Below are positions 29,301-38,484 of a stretch of 64,000 nt of DNA, piece by piece (positions within the stretch are counted from its first letter, which is position 1; the number at the start of each line of letters is the position of its first letter). The translations under genes were made by a program, and so were the position numbers. The notes beneath the pieces were generated by a model. That model made no database searches. It was not told where the DNA came from and worked only from the letters and a program-made list of their open reading frames with translations. Source of the DNA: a virus; IMG/VR virus record IMGVR_UViG_3300008952_002488, positions 1-64,000 of that record. The stretch is one strand, 5' to 3'.

Positions 29301-29457
29301 TGAGTTTAGGCTTGTTTTGGATGAAACCACTACAACTCCCGATCTTATCGATCAGAACATAATCTATGCGAAGCTTCTTGTGAAGCCAACTCGCTCGGTG
29401 GAGTTCTTTGCAATCGACTTCGTGGTCACAAGAAGCGGAGCAAGTTTCGAAGACTAA
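26380..29457 (+). CDS. contractile tail sheath protein (gp18-like) with large insertions
   Basis: SPGVFVDEID, PWFAPAGFTRG, LYENNINPI, GQKTLQ, DRINVRRL. Confidence 0.95.
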   Translation: MADNPTSKFKFISPGVFVDEIDNSQLPAEPGQVGPMVIGRARKGPAMQPVTVSSFSEFIDTFGEPIPGNDGEDVWRYGNTLGPTYAAYAAQAWLKSATSLTYMRTVGVQDPDASSAGYAGWKAGTISSTPSAGGAWGLFLWPSGTLHTGAGQGAAVTGALAATFYCEAGRVLLSGTRADAQLTASACELYKTNTDGDVDLMISKDGTFANLQKVTISLNPAKNNFVRNVLNTNPTLTNENITRRSTASSSQGGRFWLGETYERSLVAKSATSIGEMVGSGSSGENVTTTTAWAAILPLRNQETITEVGNDFQFEAQKSTTGWYFCQDTNQGIASASYDATLQQKLFRFEALTPGDWAQREIKISIQDIKAPQGNFEKYGTFSVIVRKLSDNDNRQVVLERYDQLNLNPASPNYIAAQIGDRFKEYDSTEKRNREYGQYANRSKYIRVVMDDDVEAGVTDPQLLPFGVLGPLTYRSVSILSASSGLVSVSGTGNGVIGTAALSASRGAVASLIDGGDTDRFGVQGGYQKESGADSATAGPGLLAGLGGQGGLTASVVFPTVPLRKKDDWGSPKNLKKTYWGAWTGRTNSDTQFNDQLHDCLRPRLKGLQSSPAGTSHDLKDSPTQSRASQDPLVIAWHFTIDDISGSVAEGYQFVSGSRQAAPGSSNGQSVSAASSSFSGALDAGLDRFTTLLHGGFEGFDVTEKDPFRQSNFSTATNEKTSYPLHTLKRAINIVSDSEDSQYNLITLPGIVQTNVTDHLLDVAEERGDALAIIDIDKIYDAETENTKSVSGRNAYTIKQATDALSDREINNSYGATYAPWVLVRDTVNNRRIWMPPSVAALGVLANTDKTSYPWFAPAGFTRGGLSEGAAGLPILDVSKKLTQDDRDRLYENNINPIAKFPAEGIVVFGQKTLQQTRSALDRINVRRLMIFLKREISFIASRLLFDVNAQVTWDRFTSQANVVLNNVKSGFGIDEFRLVLDETTTTPDLIDQNIIYAKLLVKPTRSVEFFAIDFVVTRSGASFED

Positions 29458-29500
29458 AAAAGTTATGTTCAGACTATTTAAACTTAGGAGATAAATTAGA

Positions 29501-30097
29501 ATGTCAGAATTATTTTGGGATAGCGCAAATGTAGACCCTAAAAGACGATTTCGCTATGAACTGGTTGTCGGCGTTGACAGGGCAGGTGGACCCAAGGGGA
29601 TAAAATCTTATTACATTAAGACTGCTAATATGCCCAAGGCTAATGTTAGCACAATAGAGCACAGTTATCTGGATTATAATTTGAAGTTTCCTGGGCGTGT
29701 TACTTGGGACCCGATTAGTGTAACTTTGGTTGCTCCTGCTAGTGGTGATGACGACCCTACTGATATTCTGATGCAGATGCTGAAGGAAGCGGGGTACATT
29801 GAATTAAATGAGAACAATTCTACCGGACCTCGCAGAAGGCAAAGATCTATGAGCAAAGCCTCTTTTGCAAAATTCTTTGGAGCCGGTCCTAAAATACGCC
29901 TCCTTGACCACATGGGAAATTCAATAGAAGAGTGGACCCTTCACAACGCTTTTGTGACCTCGGCCGACTTTGGTGGTTCTTTGGATTACACATCTGACGA
30001 AATGTTGGAACTCACCATTGAGCTTACTTTTGACTTCGCCACGCTTGCAAATATAGCCTCTCCCGCCGGACAGGCTTTGGGTGCCTTAACATCCTAA
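29501..30097 (+). CDS. tail tube protein (gp19-like)
   Basis: DPKRRFRY, FPGRVTWDPISVT, EEWTLHNAF, LDYTSDE. Confidence 0.85.
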   Translation: MSELFWDSANVDPKRRFRYELVVGVDRAGGPKGIKSYYIKTANMPKANVSTIEHSYLDYNLKFPGRVTWDPISVTLVAPASGDDDPTDILMQMLKEAGYIELNENNSTGPRRRQRSMSKASFAKFFGAGPKIRLLDHMGNSIEEWTLHNAFVTSADFGGSLDYTSDEMLELTIELTFDFATLANIASPAGQALGALTS

Positions 30098-30153
30098 AAC
30101 AATCGCAAAAAGTGTGATATAGTTTTATATCGTTCTAAAGAAAGGTTTTTACA

Positions 30154-31026
30154 ATGAGCAGAAATGAAGGACGCTTCCAGGCAGCCGAGGGTACCCCAAC
30201 TCCAGAAGACGAGGGGACTTCGGCTGTTCCTGTATCTGAAGCGGTAACTAATACGCCATTTAGTTGGACAGTACCGACCGAGTTTGTTGAGCTTCCAAGT
30301 CAAGGTAGGTTCTATCCTCCCGGTCATCCCCTGCAAGGGCAAGAAACAATTGAAGTTAAATATATGACAGCCAAAGAAGAGGATATTCTTACTGACCGCT
30401 CTCTGTTGAAGAAAGGTGTGGCGATAGATAGGGCTCTCCAGAATTTGATTGTCAATAGTCGTGTAAAAGTCAACGATCTTTTGATGGGTGACAAGAATGC
30501 TCTTCTTGTTGCTGCAAGGGTCACCGGATATGGAGCAGAGTACGTTACAAACGTGACCTGTCCGAGTTGTCAGAATGTTGACGAGCATGAATTTGACTTA
30601 CAGGATTTGAGAACCGTAGACACTGAAGCAGCCATGGCTGAACATGATGTTCACTTAACAGAGCGTAACACGTTTGTGCTGACACTTCCCGTCTCTAAAG
30701 CGCAGATTGAATGTAGGATGCTTACAGGTGAAGACGAGGCGGCTATTACGAAAATTGCAACCAGAAACTCCAAGGCAAGCAAAGGTTCTGGCTTGTTGAC
30801 AACACAACTTGCAAAAACAATTGTTGCGATCAACGGCAACCCTAGTCCTACCCAAATTGGAGTACTGGCAACTACGATGCCAGCCAAAGATTCAAGATAT
30901 ATAAGAAAGGTTCTTGCCGAGGTGGTGCCTAATATTGACATGAGTCAGGAGTTTAATTGCACCAACTGTGATTATTCAGCGGACATGGAGGTTCCGCTTA
31001 CTGCTGACTTTTTTTGGCCTAAGTGA
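30154..31026 (+). CDS. baseplate hub assembly / tail assembly chaperone (T4 gp26-like)
   Basis: VELPSQG, MTAKEEDIL, two CxxC motifs, ends DFFWP. Confidence 0.75.
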   Translation: MSRNEGRFQAAEGTPTPEDEGTSAVPVSEAVTNTPFSWTVPTEFVELPSQGRFYPPGHPLQGQETIEVKYMTAKEEDILTDRSLLKKGVAIDRALQNLIVNSRVKVNDLLMGDKNALLVAARVTGYGAEYVTNVTCPSCQNVDEHEFDLQDLRTVDTEAAMAEHDVHLTERNTFVLTLPVSKAQIECRMLTGEDEAAITKIATRNSKASKGSGLLTTQLAKTIVAINGNPSPTQIGVLATTMPAKDSRYIRKVLAEVVPNIDMSQEFNCTNCDYSADMEVPLTADFFWPK

Positions 31027-31216
31027 AGAATATAAACTTAGTATCTACGAAGAATTCTTTAATCTAAAATATTACGGCGGCTGGAGTTTTTTCGAGGCGT
31101 ATAATCTCCCTGTAACCATTAGGAAGTGGTTCTTGAGGAGACTCATTAAGCAAAAAGAGGGCGAACAAAAAGCTCAAGAAGATGCTATGAGAAAAGCAAA
31201 GCGTGGAAAACGCTAA
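31009..31216 (+). CDS. gp51-like chaperone extension, probably reached by a frameshift at the T7 run
   Basis: +1-frame ORF FFGLSEEYKLSIYEEFF...NLPVTIRKWF with no convincing start; T7 at 31009-31015. Confidence 0.6.
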
Positions 31217-31282
31217 ATACACTCAAAATGTCAACAACTAACTACTTATTAAGCAACCATGTATCGTTGTTGAGGATTTGAT

Positions 31283-31621
31283 ATGCTTACTGAGGACCAA
31301 CTAGAAGAGATGGTATTTGATCTGGGTGTTGCTCGCAAGGGGCAACTGAATGAAAACATCCTCCATGTTTTTGCAGCATGGATTGAGTACCTGTTGGCTA
31401 AAATGTACAAAGGACGCCGCATTCCCGTTAAGGTTAGGGGGAATCGAATAGAGGTTCAGCGGTTTACGGATGCTCTCGTGAACGAGAAAAGGTATATGGA
31501 CTATATTAAGAAATATGGGCTCGACGATCCAATGACATACAAGCAAAAAACAAAACTCAATATTGCAATTAGAAGATTTGAGAAAGAAGCGAAGATTAAT
31601 TGGCCCATTAAGAACCCATAA
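31283..31621 (+). CDS. hypothetical tail-module protein
   Basis: GAGG SD; promoter-like ACTACTTAT at 31241. Confidence 0.7.
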   Translation: MLTEDQLEEMVFDLGVARKGQLNENILHVFAAWIEYLLAKMYKGRRIPVKVRGNRIEVQRFTDALVNEKRYMDYIKKYGLDDPMTYKQKTKLNIAIRRFEKEAKINWPIKNP

Positions 31622-31631
31622 GGTGAAATGA

Positions 31632-34600
31632 ATGGCTGATCCGAACTCAAAGAAATTCATAATCATTCCAGAGGGAACCACTCTCTTTCCAGAAACAGGA
31701 AAGAAGCGGGTTCGTGTATTTGAGGATAAAAAATTATCAGACGAAGAACTCCGCCTCGAAGCGCAGGTGAAAATTCAGAAAGAAGCCGCCAGAGAAGCGG
31801 AGCGTCAGAAAAAGAGCATTGAGGCTATTGCGGAGGCAACTGGACAAGAGGTAGAGGCTTTAAATGCCCTGGTTGGTAAAATAGAAGAAGCCAATGTACT
31901 TCGGGAAAAACAGAATAAACTTATAGCACTTGGCAAAGACCTCACCGCCGAAGACGCTGAGAAGTTAAAGAATTTAACTGAGAAAACTAAAGAATTTGAG
32001 GAGCAACTCAAGAAGGCTAACAACGCCCTTGATGAAAACGCTCGTAAGCAAGAAAAAGTCAAAGCCGCAAGCGAGGGGACGACGCTCATCATCCAAGGCA
32101 TGTCTAGTGCTTTAGCTGCTGCCAACATGAGTGCTGCTGACTTTAGCGGTGGCATCGGCAGCATGACCTCCAAGATTGCCGAGATGGGTAAGAAGTTTAA
32201 TGAGTCCAGCATAGCTATCCAGAAAAATACTGGTCTAGGAGAGCAAGCAAAAGAGCAGATGAAAGAACAAGTCGCCGCCGGTCGTGATTTGGGCATCACC
32301 AACGAGATGATGGGCAGCACCATGGTTGGTCTAAACACTCAGATGAGCAACTTTCATCGCCTGACAAAAGAGCAACAGGATGCCACCATTGGACTAACCA
32401 ATACGATGAGCCAGCTTGGTGTTGACGCTGCCACTACAGGGCGTAACATGGACATCCTTCAACAAGGCATGGGTTTAAGCCGAGACGAAGCGCAAGCCGC
32501 CGTTGAAGATTTTGCACAACTTGCAGAAGGGATGGGATTGCCAACAGCAACCTTAATGGAAGGCTTCAAGGAGCTAGGCCCCGAGTTGTCAAGGTTCGGA
32601 AAAGATGGCAAAAAAGAATTTGAGAAATTAGCAAAACAATCCAGGGCTCTTGGTATCTCCACTAAGGCTGCTTTTGACATTGGAGAAGCTTTTGACACGT
32701 TCGAGGGTGCGGCAGACATGGCTGGAAAGCTTAATGCTCAGTTGGGACTCCAGATCAATTCTGTTGAGATGTTAAAGGGCACGCACAGCGAGCGAATCCA
32801 ATTGCTCCAACAGGAATTCCGTAGCAGCGGTACGAGTTTTGACAAGATGCATCGCCGCCAACAACAGGCTGTTGCTGAGATGATGGGTGTTGACGTAGAT
32901 GTGGCTAGAAAGATGTTCGGTGATCCGGCAGCCTATAAGCAATATCAAAAAGACCAAGAAGAGGCGAAAGCTCGTGCCGAAAGATTAACAACCATAAACG
33001 AAAAGTTAGCCTCAGTGGCAGATCGCCTATTAAATGCCTTCGGTCCTCTTGGCGAAATCTTGATGGGCTTTGTTTTGATCTTGTCCAACCCCATTATTGC
33101 TACTGCCATAATAACATTCACGACCTTGGCTGGAGTTTGGAAAACACTAAAGTTTGCAATGATCGCCGCCGCCGCTGCTAAAAACTTGTGGATAGTAGCA
33201 ACGACCAGTGGTAATATCATCACCGCCATGGCCACTAAATTGAGAATACTATACACCGACGCATTAATAAAAGAAACTGTTGCTGAAGAGATGTCAGAGA
33301 CACAAAAGAAGAAGGGCATTGTCACCGATAACGTTGCAAGAAAAGGTATCTTTGCTTCGACTGCGGCGACCTTGAAGAATACTGGCGCTAAGATTGCGAA
33401 CACTGTGAAAGGAATCATACCTGGCACAATCGCTTTAGGCAAAAACACTGCTGCCAGGGTAGTCAACGCCACAAAAGGAATTGTGGTTGGCACCGGAGCG
33501 TTGGTCGCAAACTCAGCAGCATGGCTTTTTAATAAAGCTCAGGTTGTTGCCGGCACTGCTGCTGAATGGACAGCACTTATAGCCAAAAAGGCATTGGCAG
33601 CAGCTACTTGGTTTTTGACTGGAGCCTTCTGGGGTCAGTCTACTTCGCAAGGTGCCGTCGCAACAACATCACTACCTGCCGCTACTGGAACAGGTATGAT
33701 GGGCATTGCCTCCGCCGCCGCAGTAGTACCTGTTGGGGCGCTTGCTATAGCACTTGGGCTATTGGCTATTGGACTTGGTTTGGTGGTAGTCGGCATAGGG
33801 ATAATCGTAATTGGGTTTGCCATGTTGGTCCAAGCAGCGGTTGACTTTGCGGTAGCGATGGACCCAGAAAAGCTTTTCTTGATGACGGCGGGATTAGTCA
33901 TGATGGCAACAGCCCTGTCACTTATGGCGATAGGTTTTGCAGCCGTGATGGTGACCGCCGCCCCCGCAGCCGTTTCTCTCGGAGCGTTTGCCTTCGCCGC
34001 ATTCCTTGCTGCCGGAACGCTCGCCGGACTTGGGGCGTCTATGATGCTGGCTGGATTAGGCACACAGATGGCGGCAAAAGGCTTCGTCTTGATGAAGGTG
34101 GGACTAGAGGCTATAGACAGGACATTAATACAGGGAATTGCGGAAGATATTGGGCTAATGGCGAAGAATTCTATCATGGCTGCAATGGCTTTCCCGCTCA
34201 TGACAGTTGGGCTTATGGCTCTAGGCGGAGTTGCCGTCTTGGCAACCCTTCCGATAAAGGCTCTTGGGATGGCTTTGATGTTAGTCGGCATAGCAATCTT
34301 GATGGCTACGGCTGGACTATCAAATCTCGTACAGAGTTTTGCTGATCTTGGCGATGCCCAAGAAGGCTTGGAGGCAATGTCCAAGGTTATTGAGGTTAGT
34401 ACGAAGATGGACTCTGGCGCTCTGAAAAACCTAGATGCGGTTTCGAAAAAAATAATAGAGGTTTCTACACAGATATCGGCAGGCAGTTCGGAAAACCTAG
34501 ATTCTATGGCCAAGATACTTAGTGGACAGGCAGGCGGCGACGGTGCAGCCGCAAGTCCGCAAAAAATAATATTAGAAATAGACAAAGAGAAGATCGCAGA

Positions 34601-34664
34601 AATCCTTACTGGTGATATATCAAAGTTACAGAATGAAAGAAATCCTGTGGTAGGATATAGATAA
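31632..34664 (+). CDS. tape measure protein
   Basis: 1010 aa; helical N-half and Ala/Gly-rich hydrophobic C-half; position after the tube and chaperone genes. Confidence 0.85.
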   Translation: MADPNSKKFIIIPEGTTLFPETGKKRVRVFEDKKLSDEELRLEAQVKIQKEAAREAERQKKSIEAIAEATGQEVEALNALVGKIEEANVLREKQNKLIALGKDLTAEDAEKLKNLTEKTKEFEEQLKKANNALDENARKQEKVKAASEGTTLIIQGMSSALAAANMSAADFSGGIGSMTSKIAEMGKKFNESSIAIQKNTGLGEQAKEQMKEQVAAGRDLGITNEMMGSTMVGLNTQMSNFHRLTKEQQDATIGLTNTMSQLGVDAATTGRNMDILQQGMGLSRDEAQAAVEDFAQLAEGMGLPTATLMEGFKELGPELSRFGKDGKKEFEKLAKQSRALGISTKAAFDIGEAFDTFEGAADMAGKLNAQLGLQINSVEMLKGTHSERIQLLQQEFRSSGTSFDKMHRRQQQAVAEMMGVDVDVARKMFGDPAAYKQYQKDQEEAKARAERLTTINEKLASVADRLLNAFGPLGEILMGFVLILSNPIIATAIITFTTLAGVWKTLKFAMIAAAAAKNLWIVATTSGNIITAMATKLRILYTDALIKETVAEEMSETQKKKGIVTDNVARKGIFASTAATLKNTGAKIANTVKGIIPGTIALGKNTAARVVNATKGIVVGTGALVANSAAWLFNKAQVVAGTAAEWTALIAKKALAAATWFLTGAFWGQSTSQGAVATTSLPAATGTGMMGIASAAAVVPVGALAIALGLLAIGLGLVVVGIGIIVIGFAMLVQAAVDFAVAMDPEKLFLMTAGLVMMATALSLMAIGFAAVMVTAAPAAVSLGAFAFAAFLAAGTLAGLGASMMLAGLGTQMAAKGFVLMKVGLEAIDRTLIQGIAEDIGLMAKNSIMAAMAFPLMTVGLMALGGVAVLATLPIKALGMALMLVGIAILMATAGLSNLVQSFADLGDAQEGLEAMSKVIEVSTKMDSGALKNLDAVSKKIIEVSTQISAGSSENLDSMAKILSGQAGGDGAAASPQKIILEIDKEKIAEILTGDISKLQNERNPVVGYR

Positions 34665-34679
34665 TCTAGGAGATAGAAA

Positions 34680-35552
34680 ATGGCTGGACCGTTTAATAAA
34701 GACAGGTTAAAAAAAGGAAGAACAAAATCAACTTCCGCAACTGAAATAGAAGCGCATCTTTGGAGCGAGGGGCATATTCTGGAAATCGAGCATGTACCGA
34801 CAACGTACAAAGTAAAGTTTCCAGCCTACCTACAAAACTTTAGCGATGCTTATACCCAATCTTGGAATGCTGAAGATGCTTACGGACGCATGGACCCAAT
34901 CGCCGTGTTTCAAAATACTCGCAGGGCGATAGCTATGTCTTGGCATGTGCCAGCGTCTGACTTCGACCAGGCAAAGGAAAACCTAGATGTGATCAATCTC
35001 TTGATGAGCTTTATGTACCCTGTTTATAGCGCAGGAAAGCAAGGAGGAGACAAACCTGAAAATTGTATTAACCAGGGCGCTGTCCTTAATATGGGTCCGC
35101 TAGTGAGGGTCAAGTTTGGAAACCTAATATCAAACGCACAAGACCCAACCAAGGGATTGATGGGGTACGTTAACGGTTTCACAGTGGATATCAATACTGA
35201 TGAGGGAATTTTTCACGACTATCCCGATAATCACTTTAAAGATGAAAAGACGGGAGCGCAGTTAGAGAGGGGTGGTGGCGGAGATAGCAGGTCGTATTAT
35301 CCAAAGTCTATCACTCTTAATTTTGAATTGAATGTTTTGCACGAACATCCCATGGGGTGGGTAAAGAAAGACAATGATTATGTCTGGAGAGGGGGCATCA
35401 AAGGCTTCCCCTACAGAACAGATAATCCAGTTCCATCCTTTAGTAATCCAAGCGCCTTGGCAGCGGAGAATCCTGCGCCGAGAACAGAGACAAACCAAAA
35501 GAAAAAACCACAAGAGCGAGCAAAAAGTAAACGAGCTTTATCTAAGTCGTAA
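34680..35552 (+). CDS. baseplate/tube initiator protein
   Basis: FSDAYTQSWNAEDAYGRMDPI...TRR motif; follows tape measure. Confidence 0.6.
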   Translation: MAGPFNKDRLKKGRTKSTSATEIEAHLWSEGHILEIEHVPTTYKVKFPAYLQNFSDAYTQSWNAEDAYGRMDPIAVFQNTRRAIAMSWHVPASDFDQAKENLDVINLLMSFMYPVYSAGKQGGDKPENCINQGAVLNMGPLVRVKFGNLISNAQDPTKGLMGYVNGFTVDINTDEGIFHDYPDNHFKDEKTGAQLERGGGGDSRSYYPKSITLNFELNVLHEHPMGWVKKDNDYVWRGGIKGFPYRTDNPVPSFSNPSALAAENPAPRTETNQKKKPQERAKSKRALSKS

Positions 35553-35572
35553 AGCACGGAGAATAGACAACG

Positions 35573-35932
35573 ATGGCAATATCTAGATATGATGGAAGAG
35601 GGTTGATGACCAATGATGACCTTGGGTATCGAAAGGTATTTTTTGACGACAGGGATATTCAACAGATAATACAATACAAAACAGCTAGATTTTATTTTCC
35701 CACAGACGAGGAAATGTCCGGAATATCTTTCTATACAACAACTTGGGGTGTCACAGACAAACTTTACAATATAGCCGCCAACGTTTACGGCGCACCAGAA
35801 TTATGGTGGCTTATAGCGTGGTTCAATCAGAAACCAACAGAGGCGCACTTTAGGACAGGAGATGTTGTTTATATCCCCCAGGACGCCGTACAAATTTTAA
35901 TGTTTTTTAGACGAGCTTCCGGATTGGATTAG
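35573..35932 (+). CDS. LysM-like baseplate wedge protein (gp53-like)
   Basis: DKLYNIAANVYGAPELWWLIAWFN. Confidence 0.75.
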   Translation: MAISRYDGRGLMTNDDLGYRKVFFDDRDIQQIIQYKTARFYFPTDEEMSGISFYTTTWGVTDKLYNIAANVYGAPELWWLIAWFNQKPTEAHFRTGDVVYIPQDAVQILMFFRRASGLD

Positions 35933-35936
35933 CCCA

Positions 35937-38453
35937 ATGTCAGAAAAGAAAGAGGCTACACCAGAAGAGAAGGTTGCGCTAAGGCAGGCAAACGTCCAAA
36001 CTATTCTGCTTAAAGAGATACTCAAGGTCCACGAAAAATATAAAGATAAATCATATCAAGAAATTATATCGTACAAAGATGCGCCCAGTGCGCTCGTGTC
36101 GAGCATTAGTAACCCTGAAGATGCCAGTTGTTTTTTGGCAGGAACCAGCGCACAACTCAGTGTTTTGACTCCAACAATAAGTTTTTGGTGGGTAAAGGGA
36201 ACGGAAAAACACGAGTTCATGTTCAGCGACCATGTATCGGGCAAGAAGATGCTCGACCTGGCCAAGTCCCGTGTTGCCGGGGAATCCATTACTATAAAAG
36301 GTAGAGACACTATCGGCACGGATGTTGGCATACAGGAGTTTACTTGGATGTTTGACAACAAACACAGCGGCGACAAGACGCTGAAAGCGAGTGTCTCCAT
36401 ATACTTTGGATCCGTCAGGGAGTTGTTGAATGAAAAATTCTTACGTTTTATTTTTACGCAAAACACTATCGAAGAAAATTTAAAACAGATAAGGGATAAA
36501 GATAAGGACGAGCCGGCAGGAGCCAAAGTGAAAGCCCATAAAGAGTTGGATCTTCGCATAAGAAAAATGAAGGGTATGAGAGCCCCTGGAGATGCGTTGC
36601 ACGGAACAACCCAAGATGAACAAGCAAACTATACCCAGATAAAAGCTGTAGTTGGGTGGTCCATTCCCGATACTATGGTAGATAATTCTCTTATATCTGA
36701 AGAATTTAAGAAATCCATTGCATCAACACAGAAAACTATCATGCTTAATTTTACGAAGTACAATTTGACTTTTGGAGAACAGGGGCAGGTTAATTTAAAG
36801 ATAGAATACGTTGGCTCCCTTGATGCGGTTATGGTTGACGATGAAAAATCAGATATTTTTGCAGGAATTTTAAAAGGGGGTGCCAAAACCTCTAAAAATG
36901 GCATGACAGCAATACCCCTCGCAATTAGCTACAAATCAGACTGGTTCTTCGGTTCCCAACCAGAAAACAAGCTTATTGACGACGCCCATCCAGAGGGATT
37001 GCTGGCTAAACTCATCAAAAGAGGCGGAGCGACAGATGAGTATACGGGCGCTGATGGCTTTAGGTATTGTATACCGATGGCAAGATATGAAAGAGAAACT
37101 TGGAGGATGGCAAAAGAATATATCCGAACATATGAGGATCCGAAATCACCCGATAACAAGAAAAAAATAGAAGAGTATGATACCGGCATCAAAGCAGTTG
37201 ACATTGCTGAGTCAATGGTTATGGCAAGGGTAGCAAGGCAAAAACACGAGGCATTTTTAAATGCCATTTACGACTCTGGCGAGTTGAAGGTTGCCCAGGT
37301 GTCAAACAACGTCTTCGACAAAGAAGAAAAAAAAGGTGGGAAAAAGAGCGCATTTAAGTTCAAAATTCTCGGAAAGGATAAGGGGGCATCCAAAGGCGTG
37401 AGAGGAATTTGGAAAGATAGCGCCAGACAAAATGCTATACACGCAGCCAAGGAGAAAAGCGGGCATAACAAAGCAACGGGAACGCTCGGCATGGGCAGTG
37501 ACGCCACCGACCCAGCAGCCATAGATCCCGAGTCCACCGGCACCGAGGACAGCGACTCAGGAAAGATTAATATTTATTACTTTTCGGTGGGGGACCTTAT
37601 AGACATCGCATTAAAGACTAATACATTTATAAAGAGTCCAACACTGGACGCAAGAATTATGTTAGGTAGCTTTAATGCAGGGGAGGCTGGCATTGTGGGG
37701 GGTGAAAACATAGATATCCCGATAGCCCAGGTTCCTTTAAATGTGGAATGGTTCTCTCAATGGTTTACAGATAATTTTATAAATGCCGATCCTCCCAGAT
37801 TCCAAATGAGCCTAAGAGAATTTATAAACAAAGTTTTAGAACAACTTGTAGCTCCCGTGATGAACGACGCTTATAGTACTCCACAAACTACAGCCAGAAT
37901 AAACTTCTCGATGACTACAGCGTCTTTCCCCAAAGCCGGCGGCACGATTGCTCGGGGTTCGACTATCGGCGAAAGTAAAATAAAACAGGTGGCAAAGTCA
38001 ACAAAGACGTCACTGGTAGATGCATTGCTGCCCGAAGTACATTATTTTATCGCTTTCGCAACAATAAGAGACAGAAAGACCTTGAGGGGAGACTACAAGG
38101 TTGATGTAAAAAAGGGGATCTATCATTTGTTCCTTGGTGTCGAAAGGGGTCTTGTAAAGAAATTTAGCTTTACAGAAAAAAAGATGCCCCATATCCGGGC
38201 AATGCACATTGAAAACAACTCTCCCGGTTCAGCACTCATACTTCCGCAAGATGTTGAGTTGACCATGGTGGGAAATACTTTTTTCAGGAACGGTAATTTA
38301 GTGTACATTGATGCTGATTTTGCACTGGGACAAAGTGTCGCCAGCAAGCTTGGCATAGGTGGTTATTATTTGGTAGTTAAATCGGAGAATGTAATAAACC
38401 CGTCAAAGTTTGAAACAAAATTAACTTGCATGTTCCAACAAGGTCCGTCGTAA
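35937..38453 (+). CDS. baseplate hub-like protein
   Basis: C-terminal LTMVGNTFF..G...GYYLVVK pattern; synteny. Confidence 0.55.
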   Translation: MSEKKEATPEEKVALRQANVQTILLKEILKVHEKYKDKSYQEIISYKDAPSALVSSISNPEDASCFLAGTSAQLSVLTPTISFWWVKGTEKHEFMFSDHVSGKKMLDLAKSRVAGESITIKGRDTIGTDVGIQEFTWMFDNKHSGDKTLKASVSIYFGSVRELLNEKFLRFIFTQNTIEENLKQIRDKDKDEPAGAKVKAHKELDLRIRKMKGMRAPGDALHGTTQDEQANYTQIKAVVGWSIPDTMVDNSLISEEFKKSIASTQKTIMLNFTKYNLTFGEQGQVNLKIEYVGSLDAVMVDDEKSDIFAGILKGGAKTSKNGMTAIPLAISYKSDWFFGSQPENKLIDDAHPEGLLAKLIKRGGATDEYTGADGFRYCIPMARYERETWRMAKEYIRTYEDPKSPDNKKKIEEYDTGIKAVDIAESMVMARVARQKHEAFLNAIYDSGELKVAQVSNNVFDKEEKKGGKKSAFKFKILGKDKGASKGVRGIWKDSARQNAIHAAKEKSGHNKATGTLGMGSDATDPAAIDPESTGTEDSDSGKINIYYFSVGDLIDIALKTNTFIKSPTLDARIMLGSFNAGEAGIVGGENIDIPIAQVPLNVEWFSQWFTDNFINADPPRFQMSLREFINKVLEQLVAPVMNDAYSTPQTTARINFSMTTASFPKAGGTIARGSTIGESKIKQVAKSTKTSLVDALLPEVHYFIAFATIRDRKTLRGDYKVDVKKGIYHLFLGVERGLVKKFSFTEKKMPHIRAMHIENNSPGSALILPQDVELTMVGNTFFRNGNLVYIDADFALGQSVASKLGIGGYYLVVKSENVINPSKFETKLTCMFQQGPS

Positions 38454-38484
38454 GCCTAGATAATTATTATAGGAGTCTTTACTT

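Noticed and set aside
33635-34810. 391-aa minus-strand ORF
   Set aside because: Antisense shadow of the Ala/Gly-rich tape measure gene; no motifs or SD.
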